A stretch of 40,741 bases of DNA from Candidatus Aenigmatarchaeota archaeon (GTDB lineage: Archaea; Aenigmatarchaeota; Aenigmatarchaeia; Aenigmatarchaeales; Aenigmatarchaeaceae), in the NCBI GenBank assembly GCA_021163145.1, contig JAGGXH010000038.1, positions 1 to 40,741 on the forward strand, read 5' to 3'. The notes below the pieces were generated by a model, which did not search any database, was not told the DNA's origin, and saw only the letters and a program-made list of their open reading frames with translations. Positions 1 to 8,310 of the stretch are shown piece by piece. Positions within the stretch are counted from its first letter, which is position 1. Every line of letters begins with the position of its first letter. The translations under genes were made by a program, and so were the position numbers.

Positions 1-1620
1 GAAAATGATATTATTAAAATAACTAGTGCAGAAGGTGCATCTCAAGAAATTGAAGTTAAATCAATTGACTTTGATACTGGATCTATTGAATATAATACAT
101 TAAGTAGTGAGACTGGGTTAGGGTTTAAAGGTGAAATAATCAAAGAATTGCCTGGTGGTACAATTAATGAGCGTGATATTACTTCATCTGGTGGAACAAG
201 AACTGTTGTAAAATGTCCACCATGTCCAGTTTGTGAAGATTTAAGAGATGAATTTAAAGATCATTGCGAAATAGATGGATATGTGTGGTTATATGATACA
301 AATTATTCAACATTTGAATCAAATCAACCTAATTGTTGTGGTGATGATCCTAATGAATATTATAAGAAAGAAGAATTTGGTCAAAGAGATGATAATGGGA
401 ATATTATTTGGCATGAAGCATGTTGTGACAAAAATACAGATTGTATATATGTTGATGACCAATGTTATTCAAGTGATACTAAGATAAATAATATAAGAAT
501 GTGTTACAATGGAAGTATTTATATGTGTACAATTGACTCTTATATAGGAAAACAATATGGTTCATATTGTTGTGCAGGAACAAGTTCATCTCATCAATGG
601 ACAAATTCCCCACTTGAAGAAGTAGATTATTCTTGTTATGATAATATAGATAATGATTGTGATGGATTAATAGATATGGATGATCCATCATGTGCAGGAA
701 TTGAACCAGATCAGGATCAAACAAAGTGTCAATATTATGGATGGATATTTGGCAGTGTATTATTTGACCAATCAACAAATGCACCATCTGGAGATTGTTG
801 TGGTGATGATATTAATGAATTTGTAAAAACAAGTTATAATAATGAGCAAGCATGTTGTGCAGAAACTCAATGTGCAGATTCAAATGGGGGTTGTACTGAT
901 TCAGATAATTTGCTAACAAATGAAACACAATATTTATGTTACAATGGAACAATAAATAAATGTACAAATTCTAGTGATTTAGGTAAGCATGTTGGTTCAT
1001 ATTATTGTGTTGGATGGGGAAATGTATATTGGTCAACTGACAAGGGAAATGAATACGATTATAACCCTACTTATGCATGTACAGATGGATATGATAATGA
1101 TGCAGATGGATTAATAGACGAACAAGATCCGGATTGTACAAATAATATAAAATCACAATGTACTGATATGGGATATACATGGCTTTCTTGTTTTGTTCCT
1201 GAAGATACAACAACACCTAATTGTTGTGGTGATGATCCTAATGAATATGCTGTTGATTTACTCACAATCTCTGCATTTGGATTTGTCATAAAAACTGATG
1301 GTGCATGTTCTAGTGATCCTACAAATTGCGTGTACTATAGTGGTGCTTCTAAAACTTATTATAATAAACCAAGTGATTATAATGTTGGTGATTTCGTATG
1401 TTACAATTCTGTGTGGAAAGAATGTTCTTCTGATAGCCATATACCTGGTTTGAAGCATGGTTCATATTGTTGTGCTGTTGATTCTTCTGGTAGTTATACA
1501 TGGACAGAAACACCATATTCAGAAAATTGGTATTCATGCTCTGACAATATAGATAATGACTGTGATGGATTAACAGATTGTGATGACCCAGATTGTTCAG
1601 GAACTGCTGCATGTCCATAA
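1..1620 (+). CDS. Cysteine-rich modular secreted/surface protein, 5'-partial (runs off left edge)
   Basis: Frame 1 is stop-free from base 1, giving 49 codons upstream of the TTG at 148 in very AT-rich DNA. Stop at 1618-1620. Three tandem modules of about 145-155 aa each contain CCGDD(P/I)NE(Y/F) (Cys pairs at 334, 796, 1222) and GSY(C/Y)C. Each ends in an acidic C-x-D-x-x-DND(C/A)DGL-x-D-x-x-DP-x-C motif (634-693, 1078-1137, 1537-1596). Confidence 0.8.
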   Translation, partial: ENDIIKITSAEGASQEIEVKSIDFDTGSIEYNTLSSETGLGFKGEIIKELPGGTINERDITSSGGTRTVVKCPPCPVCEDLRDEFKDHCEIDGYVWLYDTNYSTFESNQPNCCGDDPNEYYKKEEFGQRDDNGNIIWHEACCDKNTDCIYVDDQCYSSDTKINNIRMCYNGSIYMCTIDSYIGKQYGSYCCAGTSSSHQWTNSPLEEVDYSCYDNIDNDCDGLIDMDDPSCAGIEPDQDQTKCQYYGWIFGSVLFDQSTNAPSGDCCGDDINEFVKTSYNNEQACCAETQCADSNGGCTDSDNLLTNETQYLCYNGTINKCTNSSDLGKHVGSYYCVGWGNVYWSTDKGNEYDYNPTYACTDGYDNDADGLIDEQDPDCTNNIKSQCTDMGYTWLSCFVPEDTTTPNCCGDDPNEYAVDLLTISAFGFVIKTDGACSSDPTNCVYYSGASKTYYNKPSDYNVGDFVCYNSVWKECSSDSHIPGLKHGSYCCAVDSSGSYTWTETPYSENWYSCSDNIDNDCDGLTDCDDPDCSGTAACP

Positions 1621-1657
1621 TTTTATCTTTTTATTCTAAAAAATAACAATAAATTAT

Positions 1658-2071
1658 ATGAAAGCAGTGTCTGAAATTGTTTCACATGCATTATATTTTG
1701 GATTAACAATACTTGTAATAACATTTTTAGTTATTTACATTAATAATACAAAAATAGATATGAGAGATAAAATTATTGATTCTAATCTAAATTATGTTGC
1801 AGAAACAATTAAATCAAATATCTTAGATTTGTATTCATTATCAAAACAAACTGAAATACAAGGTACAATAGCATCTATTGAAATACAAGATAAGAAAAAT
1901 TATGAAGTTATTCTGGAAAATAATAAGATTATTGTTAAAACCAATGGAAAATCAATAGAAAAATCTATTGATATACCATTAGAAATGCATGGTAAATCAT
2001 TTTTACCAGCTAAATTAGAATTAATAAGAGAAGGTAATAAAGAAATAATTGAAATAAAGGAGATATCATGA
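1658..2071 (+). CDS. Pilin-like protein (class III signal peptide-like N-terminus MKA|VSEIVSHALYFGLTILVITFLVI)
   Basis: Short charged N-terminus followed by about 20 hydrophobic residues, with an S-x-E pattern after the putative cleavage site. First gene of a coupled operon; its stop overlaps the next start as ATGA at 2068-2071. Confidence 0.55.
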   Translation: MKAVSEIVSHALYFGLTILVITFLVIYINNTKIDMRDKIIDSNLNYVAETIKSNILDLYSLSKQTEIQGTIASIEIQDKKNYEVILENNKIIVKTNGKSIEKSIDIPLEMHGKSFLPAKLELIREGNKEIIEIKEIS

Positions 2072-2721
2072 CACAAGTTGATTTTATAATTTCAATTGGA
2101 TTAATAATAACAATTATATCTATTGTATTATTCTATTCAATATCACAATTTGAAACTAATTTCAATCAAAGCAAAATAAATGAAATAAAAGCAAAAACAA
2201 ATTCATTGGCTAAAGAATTATTTGAAACAGATATATTAACAGAACATGTCTCAACATTAAAAGTGAAATTTGTTGAAACAGGTGGACTTGCATACAATGA
2301 AAATATTAAGATTAATATCAATGGAGATGGAAGAAAAGCATATGCAAATTATTTTAATATGAATAAAATAAGCTCAGATTTTTCCAATAATATATTGAAT
2401 TTAGATTTGCATTTTGATCCATATGAAACAAAATATATAACAATTTATTATTTTGGAAATATTAGTGATGCAAGTTATATTCAAACAAATGAAAACATTA
2501 GTGCAAAAATAATTATGTCAAGAAATATTTCTATATTAGTACAAGATAAATGCAGCTATGATTATTTGAGTAAATTATTTGGTACAAAATTTAAAATAGA
2601 ATCAAAAATTTGTAATGTTGGGAATAGTCCACCAGAAACAACTGTTGTTTCAATTAATTATCCTATGTTAATAGAATCAAATGGAATTGAGGTTGAAAAT
2701 GTTAAGGTGCTTTCATGGTAA
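2068..2721 (+). CDS. Membrane-anchored / pilin-like protein (MTQVDFIISIGLIITIISIVLFY)
   Basis: N-terminal hydrophobic helix directly after a 3-4 residue leader. Start overlaps the upstream stop (ATGA), and its own stop overlaps the next start by 7 nt. Confidence 0.5.
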   Translation: MTQVDFIISIGLIITIISIVLFYSISQFETNFNQSKINEIKAKTNSLAKELFETDILTEHVSTLKVKFVETGGLAYNENIKININGDGRKAYANYFNMNKISSDFSNNILNLDLHFDPYETKYITIYYFGNISDASYIQTNENISAKIIMSRNISILVQDKCSYDYLSKLFGTKFKIESKICNVGNSPPETTVVSINYPMLIESNGIEVENVKVLSW

Positions 2722-3056
2722 AAGGAGTAATACAAACATTGGAAGCTGTTATTGCAATTACAATTATATTATCAAGTATTATCTATGTGCAAATGAATAA
2801 TGTTAATGATAGAGATTATTCAGCTCAGCTTAATAATTGTATGGAGTATTTGTATAAGAGTGGGGCATTTTATTTATCTGAATCAGAAATATCAGAACAA
2901 CTTGCTAATTGTTTGCCATCTATATTAGATTTTACTATAAAAAAATGTAATGATGTTTCATGTACAACTACATTGCCAGATAATAAATCTATATTTTCAT
3001 CATCATATATAATATCACCAAATCAAATAATTAGTGCATGGGTTTGGGAAAAATGA
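2715..3056 (+). CDS. Pilin-like protein (MVKG|VIQTLEAVIAITIILSSII)
   Basis: K-G followed by a Q-T-L-E hydrophobic stretch, reminiscent of archaeal DUF361-type prepilin N-termini. Overlaps both neighbouring genes. Confidence 0.6.
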   Translation: MVKGVIQTLEAVIAITIILSSIIYVQMNNVNDRDYSAQLNNCMEYLYKSGAFYLSESEISEQLANCLPSILDFTIKKCNDVSCTTTLPDNKSIFSSSYIISPNQIISAWVWEK

Positions 3057-3403
3057 AAGGTCAGGCATATACTATATTAGCAATATTTTTAGTAGTTTCA
3101 TTACTATCATTAAGTCTTTTATTTAAAGAAAATCATATTGAAAAAACCAATATTCAAAGTATTTTTTTGAATGTAAAAAATGAAATTATTAAGACAGTTG
3201 AATTATCTATTTTAGATGATAATGATATTTCTACTAATTTAGATGATTTTATTTTATTTTTAAACAAATATCTAGAATCAAGAAACTATAATATAGAAAC
3301 AAAATATACTATAAATACAGATAAAGTTGAAATTTATTTGAAAATTTCAGATAAAAATTCATATATTCAAGACAAATTTAATATCAATAGGAAGATATTA
3401 TGA
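3053..3403 (+). CDS. Pilin-like protein (MKG|QAYTILAIFLVVSLLSLSLL)
   Basis: The ORF track starts it at 3038. The ATG at 3053 gives an MKG leader and an ATGA overlap with the upstream stop (3054-3056), so 3053 is preferred. Confidence 0.6.
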   Translation: MKGQAYTILAIFLVVSLLSLSLLFKENHIEKTNIQSIFLNVKNEIIKTVELSILDDNDISTNLDDFILFLNKYLESRNYNIETKYTINTDKVEIYLKISDKNSYIQDKFNINRKIL

Positions 3404-3876
3404 AAGGTTTAGAACCACTTATAGGAGCAGTGTTAGTAATTGTAATAACAATATCAGCAATTGCACTAATAATTCAGATTTCTAAACCAAGTATTGATAG
3501 ACAAAAAGAGATAATAATATTTGATTCTGCTAAAAATATCATGAAATCTATTGATAATTCAATAAAAGATGTTTCATCTGAGGCACAAGGATCATCAAGA
3601 AAGATTAAGATAGATATTGTAGAAGGTGTTTTGTTAATTAAAGATAATAAAATAGTTTATAATTTAGATTCACCAAGCCAAATTATTGGAAAAGATATTA
3701 TTCAACAAGAAAATAATCTGAGAATAATTGGATTAGATAAAAAAATATCAATGGAACTATATTATGATAATATTGATATAATAGGTAATTATGAAATATG
3801 GTCTGACTCAGAGCTTATAATAAGAAACAGTGGGATATCAGCAGGCAAGACACAGATAGAAATAATTGCTCAATAA
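3400..3876 (+). CDS. Archaeal type IV pilin-like protein (MKG|LEPLIGAVLVIVITISAIALI)
   Basis: N-terminus matches the archaeal pilin N-terminal pattern K-G-(L/I)-(E/S)-P-(L/V)-I-x-x-V-L-(L/V)-I-x-I-T. ATGA overlap with the upstream stop at 3400-3403. Confidence 0.75.
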   Translation: MKGLEPLIGAVLVIVITISAIALIIQISKPSIDRQKEIIIFDSAKNIMKSIDNSIKDVSSEAQGSSRKIKIDIVEGVLLIKDNKIVYNLDSPSQIIGKDIIQQENNLRIIGLDKKISMELYYDNIDIIGNYEIWSDSELIIRNSGISAGKTQIEIIAQ

Positions 3877-3907
3877 CTTTATATATTAATTTTAATAAAC
3901 TCTTTTT

Positions 3908-4321
3908 ATGACAAAAGGCATATCACCATTAATTGCATCTGTATTATTAATTGCAATTACAATAGCAGTAGCAGCAGTTTTAGCAACATGGGTAACTACT
4001 TATACTGAAAAATCATTGCCAACTACAACTTGTGTTGGTGGTTCAATGGCATTTGTTTCTGCAGAATATCCAAAATGGTCAGATGGAAGCATAGTTGCAT
4101 GTATAGAAGCTCAGTATGTATCATTAGGAGATTTTCAAATAGAAGTTTTATTAAATGATGATACTGTTCAGAGATTTAATGATATAACAGATACATCAAT
4201 TGCACCAGGTGCAACTGGTTGTATAAGAACAGAGCAATTAACATTTGCCAAATCTGATGTAAAATCTATTAAAATATTAACAAATTGTACTAATGTCAAT
4301 TTGCAAAGTATATTAAAATAA
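3908..4321 (+). CDS. Archaeal type IV pilin (candidate major subunit; MTKG|ISPLIASVLLIAITIAVAAVLATWV)
   Basis: Canonical archaeal pilin N-terminal domain sequence (KGISPLIA-VLLIAITIAV). Preceded by a 31-nt spacer containing TTTATATA, so it may have its own promoter. Confidence 0.85.
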   Translation: MTKGISPLIASVLLIAITIAVAAVLATWVTTYTEKSLPTTTCVGGSMAFVSAEYPKWSDGSIVACIEAQYVSLGDFQIEVLLNDDTVQRFNDITDTSIAPGATGCIRTEQLTFAKSDVKSIKILTNCTNVNLQSILK

Positions 4322-4336
4322 TGGAGATAGTTTTAT

Positions 4337-4489
4337 ATGGTAGAAGGATATTGTATGAAATGTAAAGAAAAAGTTGAAATGAAAGATGTTGAAGAAGTTG
4401 TAATGAAGAATGGCATGAGAGCTGCAAAAGGGATATGCCCAAAATGTGGAACAAAAATGTTTAAAATATTGGGTAAATCCAATAAGTGA
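4337..4489 (+). CDS. Small zinc-ribbon protein (DUF5679-like), 50 aa
   Basis: Not in the ORF track (under 60 aa). Translation: MVEGYCMKCKEKVEMKDVEEVVMKNGMRAAKGICPKCGTKMFKILGKSNK. The pattern C-x2-C ... C-x2-C is what I recall for the DUF5679 family. Confidence 0.6.
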   Translation: MVEGYCMKCKEKVEMKDVEEVVMKNGMRAAKGICPKCGTKMFKILGKSNK

Positions 4490-4494
4490 TTTTT

Positions 4495-4980
4495 ATGAAA
4501 AAGATTAGAATAAATAATCTTTTTCTTTCTTATATTTCTATAATGATAATATTGATATCAATAAGTTATGCAATTGTTGAATATTATACAAATGAGGATT
4601 ATTTACAAGTTGATATAATTAAAATAGTAAATGGAAATCAGATATTGTTTGGAAATAAATGTACTGCAATTATTGCAACAACTTCTCCTGAAAGAGCATA
4701 TTCTATTCAGCTTGCTTTAGAAAAAAGATATGATCAGAGACCAACTACACATGATAGTTTTTCAGATGTTCTTAATAGTTTTAACATAACATTAGAAAGA
4801 GTTAATATAGAAAGATTTGATGGACAATTTTATTATTCTAATATGATATTAAAACAAAATAAAAATGTTCTTGAATTAGATACTAAACCTTCTGATGCAA
4901 TAGCAATTGCAATTAGATTACATGCACCAATATATGTCAATAAAACATTGTTGGAAGAACAAGGGCAAAACATTTGTTAA
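4495..4980 (+). CDS. Bifunctional nuclease family protein (DUF151/BFN) with N-terminal transmembrane anchor
   Basis: Motifs ...DQRPTTHDSF... and ...KPSDAIAIAIRLHAPIYV... match the DUF151 signature (RP-x-THD; SDAIALA-R-x-x-PI). The N-terminus LFLSYISIMIILISISYAIV is hydrophobic. The ATG at 4495 is preferred over the GTG at 4486. Confidence 0.7.
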   Translation: MKKIRINNLFLSYISIMIILISISYAIVEYYTNEDYLQVDIIKIVNGNQILFGNKCTAIIATTSPERAYSIQLALEKRYDQRPTTHDSFSDVLNSFNITLERVNIERFDGQFYYSNMILKQNKNVLELDTKPSDAIAIAIRLHAPIYVNKTLLEEQGQNIC

Positions 4981-5303
4981 ATTAGTTTATCTATAACATT
5001 ATTTTTTCTAATTAATCTACATATTTCACATATATTTTGTTCTGATGAATATTGATTGTCGCTTAATGCTATTTTTTTAGCTAATTCTTTTATTTTTTGC
5101 ATAATCTCTAAGTTGTTTTTTAATAATTCTATGTTTGTTCCTCTCATGTTTCTATAATATTGTGAAATTGCTGCTTGTGATATATTTAATTTATTAGATA
5201 CTTGTTGCTGTGTTAAGTTATATTTATCTAACATTTCCTTTGCAATTAATGATCTTACTGCTGGTAATATTTTTGGTACAATGGTTTCACAATATGGTTT
5301 CAT
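4977..5303 (-). CDS. HTH transcriptional regulator (XRE-like, archaeal COG2522-type)
   Basis: HTH segment LTQQQVSNKLNISQAAISQYYRN, with a C-terminal C-x2-C (CEIC). Divergent from the P-loop ATPase gene at 5378. Confidence 0.6.
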   Translation of the reverse strand: MKPYCETIVPKILPAVRSLIAKEMLDKYNLTQQQVSNKLNISQAAISQYYRNMRGTNIELLKNNLEIMQKIKELAKKIALSDNQYSSEQNICEICRLIRKNNVIDKLI

Positions 5304-5377
5304 ATAACAGTGTTATAATTTAAAATATTTAAATCTATATAAATATATTTTTATACTTTACGGTAGTAAATATATTT

Positions 5378-6004
5378 ATGCAGACAATTGGAAGAGCTGA
5401 ATATGAGAATACAAATAATGAAGAACTTTTTGAAGAATATTTATTTAAAGTATATTATGAAGATGAAGCTTTTATTGGAGAAAAAGCTACAAAGTATATT
5501 TATCCATGGGCATACAATGCAAAAAATGGAATTGGAATGATTATTGGAGAAAAGGGTTGTGGTAAAACATTTTTTGCAAAAAAACTTGCACAAGATTTAG
5601 ATGCAGAACTTTATATTTTAGACAAAGATAATATTGAGTATAAACCTCTTAATAATAATGATAGTTCTACAATAATAGTTGATGATTTACATTATTTTTT
5701 GCAAATTCATAGATTAGGTAAGCTAACAGATAATCCTATTTATACAGATAAAGAAATATTAGAAATAATTAAAGATTTTTACAAACAATCAGAACATAAA
5801 AAAGTAGTATTTATTTCAGATGATGGTATTTCAGGATTGTACCATAGTTTTGATGATAAAGAAATGCAGAAAGAGTTTCTTAAGATATTCTCTAATTGCA
5901 TAGTATCTCCAGATGATGCAAAAATTTTCTATAATTTTTTTGATTTAAGTATAGATATTCAAGAAGATTCTTATTCTGCTTATATGAGTTCAATTTTAAT
6001 CTAA
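5378..6004 (+). CDS. Small P-loop NTPase, function unknown
   Basis: Walker A GEKGCGKT and Walker B-like TIIVDDLH. Nothing else recognisable. Confidence 0.6.
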   Translation: MQTIGRAEYENTNNEELFEEYLFKVYYEDEAFIGEKATKYIYPWAYNAKNGIGMIIGEKGCGKTFFAKKLAQDLDAELYILDKDNIEYKPLNNNDSSTIIVDDLHYFLQIHRLGKLTDNPIYTDKEILEIIKDFYKQSEHKKVVFISDDGISGLYHSFDDKEMQKEFLKIFSNCIVSPDDAKIFYNFFDLSIDIQEDSYSAYMSSILI

Positions 6005-6090
6005 AAGAGAATAATAAATTATATAATTGTTGTAAATTTAGAGATTATGCTACAAAGGAATTATCATTCTTTATTCAAAAAGAATTTTCT

Positions 6091-6594
6091 ATGGATATTC
6101 CATATGTTGTTCCTTTATATATGTTAAGGCATTATAGAAGCCATAACTTATCTGAAGTTATTTCTACTAGATATAGAATAGGAAAACTTTATGTTGATTA
6201 CAATAATAATTTATTATTTAATGAAAAAAGAATATTATATAAAAATCATTTTACAAGCATGCTTCAAGAAAAAATAATGAAAAATGATTATAAAGCTGCA
6301 AAAATTGCTCCTATTAGAATTTTAAAATCATTTGCCAATAAACATAGTGGAAAGATTCATTATAATGATTTAGATATTAGAATAAATGATAAGCCAATTT
6401 GCTTAGACAATCATGTAAGAATGCCTGAATTTTTTTATAATAATCGGCAAGTATGGAGCATTAATAATAGTTTATGGAGATCTTATTATAATAAGAAAAA
6501 TCCTTATAGATCTTTAACAAAAATTTTAGAACAATCTAACGATGATAAAACAGCACTGGCTATTATAATTGATAATGATTTACAAAAAGATTAA
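6091..6594 (+). CDS. Hypothetical protein
   Basis: 167-aa ORF on the same strand, 86 nt downstream of the ATPase gene. No motif recognised. Confidence 0.5.
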   Translation: MDIPYVVPLYMLRHYRSHNLSEVISTRYRIGKLYVDYNNNLLFNEKRILYKNHFTSMLQEKIMKNDYKAAKIAPIRILKSFANKHSGKIHYNDLDIRINDKPICLDNHVRMPEFFYNNRQVWSINNSLWRSYYNKKNPYRSLTKILEQSNDDKTALAIIIDNDLQKD

Positions 6595-6622
6595 TATAAA
6601 CTTTAATTTCTAAGAATATAAT

Positions 6623-7417
6623 ATGAAACCTGATTGTATTTTAATAAGAATCGGGGAAATGTCATTAAAATCAGAACAAGTTAATAGAAAATGGTCTAAA
6701 ATATTAATGGATAATATAAAATATGGATTGAAAGGTTTTGATTATAAAATAGAGAAAAGAAAAAATAGATATTTTATTTATACTAATAATATTGATAAAG
6801 TTTCAAAAATATTGCAAAGAATATTTGGAATAACATCTATTTCTTTGTGTTATGTCTGTAAATCAAATATAAATAATATTAAGAAAAAAGCATTAGAAGT
6901 TGCAAAAAATAAAATAAAAAAATCACAAGCATTTGCTATATCTGTTAAGAGAATTGATTTTCAAGATCTAAGTTCTCAAGAAATTGCTATTAAAGTTGGT
7001 GATATAATAGTAAATAAACTAGGATTAAAAGTAAATTTATCAAATCCTGATAAAACAATATTTATAGAAGCAAGAAATGATAAAACATATATTTATATGG
7101 AAAAAATAAATTGTGCTGGAGGATTACCATTGGGAACTTCTGGAAAAATAGGAGCAATTGTAAATTCAAAAAAAGCTCTTGTAGCTACATGGCTTATGAT
7201 GAAAAGAGGATGTACAATAATATTTAAGGGGAAACAAGAATTTTTTGATATATTAAAAAAATGGCATATTGGAAAAAGAATGTTAAAAACAGAAAAATTT
7301 AAAAATATTAAAATATCAACAGGTAAAAAAATAAATGATAGTGTTTTTTTAGATCCAACTGTTGCATTTTCACGTGATAAATTAACTCGCTTATACGAGT
7401 ATATAGTAAATAACTAG
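6623..7417 (+). CDS. THUMP-domain, ThiI-like protein with degenerate and truncated PP-loop domain
   Basis: N-terminus ILIRIGEMSLKS matches the ThiI N-terminal (I/V)-x-(R/K)-x-GE-(I/L)-x-LK pattern. AGGLPLGTSGK...ATWLMMKRGC matches the ThiI junction GGLP-x-G-x-x-GK...A-x-W-(L/M)-M-x-KRG. The PP-loop SGG-x-DS is replaced by NSKKAL, and the protein stops about 70 aa later. Confidence 0.65.
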   Translation: MKPDCILIRIGEMSLKSEQVNRKWSKILMDNIKYGLKGFDYKIEKRKNRYFIYTNNIDKVSKILQRIFGITSISLCYVCKSNINNIKKKALEVAKNKIKKSQAFAISVKRIDFQDLSSQEIAIKVGDIIVNKLGLKVNLSNPDKTIFIEARNDKTYIYMEKINCAGGLPLGTSGKIGAIVNSKKALVATWLMMKRGCTIIFKGKQEFFDILKKWHIGKRMLKTEKFKNIKISTGKKINDSVFLDPTVAFSRDKLTRLYEYIVNN

Positions 7418-7432
7418 TTATTACAACCCTGT

Positions 7433-7454
7433 AGTAACATTTAAATATGTTACT
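7433..7454. promoter_or_regulatory. Perfect 8-bp inverted repeat AGTAACAT-N6-ATGTTACT upstream of the TrmB-family gene
   Basis: 7433-7440 is the reverse complement of 7447-7454. The spacer TTAAAT forms a TATA-like ATTTAAATA core. The site lies 46-67 nt upstream of the ATG at 7500 and 16 nt downstream of the stop at 7417. Confidence 0.4.
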
Positions 7455-7499
7455 GTCCTATTATGTATTGTAATATTTGTTATTTATAGTGGTGATAAA

Positions 7500-8297
7500 A
7501 TGGTAACTCAACAACAAGTTTTAGATACATTAAAACAAATTGGCTTAAATTTATATGAAAGAAAGCTTTGGTTAGCATTATTAACAAGAGGAGTATCAAC
7601 TGCAGGAGAATTGTCTACATTAGCAAAGGTTCCTCATAGTAGAACTTATGATATTTTACAAACATTAACTGATAAAGGATTTGTTTTAACACAAAATACA
7701 AAACCATTAAAATATGTTGCTATTAAACCTTCAGAAGCATTTGAAAGAGTAAAAAAGAGATTAAGAGAAAATCTTGATATTACTATTCAAAGAATTGAAG
7801 ATTTGGAAAAATCACCTGTTGCACAAGAATTAGAAAGAATGTTTAAAAACGGTGTACAACTTGTACAACCAGCTGAATTAACAGCATCATTAAAAGGAAG
7901 AAAAGCAATGCATAATCAATTAGAAACATTATTCAAAGAAGCTAAAAAATCAATTTCTATTATGACAACACCTAGTGGATTAAATGAACTTTATCATAAT
8001 CATGGAAATTTGCTTAAAAAAGCAGCTAAAAGAGGAGTAAAAATAAGAATAGCTGTTCCAGCATCTAAAGAACATGCAAAAGCAAAAGAAGATCTTTCAA
8101 AGATAGCTGCAATTAAGCATATAAATAAAAGAACAAATGTTGGAAGGTTCTTTATTATTGATGGAAATCATGCAGTTATGGCTTTAACACATGATAAAGT
8201 TGATCCATCACAAGATGTCTCATTATGGACAAGATCTGAGCACCTTGCAAGTAATTTATTAGTTCCAATGTTTGAAAACATTTGGTCAGGGATTTAA
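7500..8297 (+). CDS. TrmB-family transcriptional regulator
   Basis: N-terminal winged HTH LGLNLYERKLWLALLTRGVSTAGELSTLAKVPHSRTYDILQTLTDKGFV is the TrmB HTH pattern. Has a C-terminal TrmB-like domain. GGTGA Shine-Dalgarno at 7491-7495. Confidence 0.85.
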   Translation: MVTQQQVLDTLKQIGLNLYERKLWLALLTRGVSTAGELSTLAKVPHSRTYDILQTLTDKGFVLTQNTKPLKYVAIKPSEAFERVKKRLRENLDITIQRIEDLEKSPVAQELERMFKNGVQLVQPAELTASLKGRKAMHNQLETLFKEAKKSISIMTTPSGLNELYHNHGNLLKKAAKRGVKIRIAVPASKEHAKAKEDLSKIAAIKHINKRTNVGRFFIIDGNHAVMALTHDKVDPSQDVSLWTRSEHLASNLLVPMFENIWSGI

Positions 8298-8310
8298 GTA
8301 GGTGTTTCAA

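Noticed and set aside
275-1618. Track ORFs overlapping the Cys-rich gene (275-487+, 479-787-, 1071-1289-, 1258-1458-, 1349-1618-)
   Set aside because: They are off-frame or antisense within a clearly coding modular gene.
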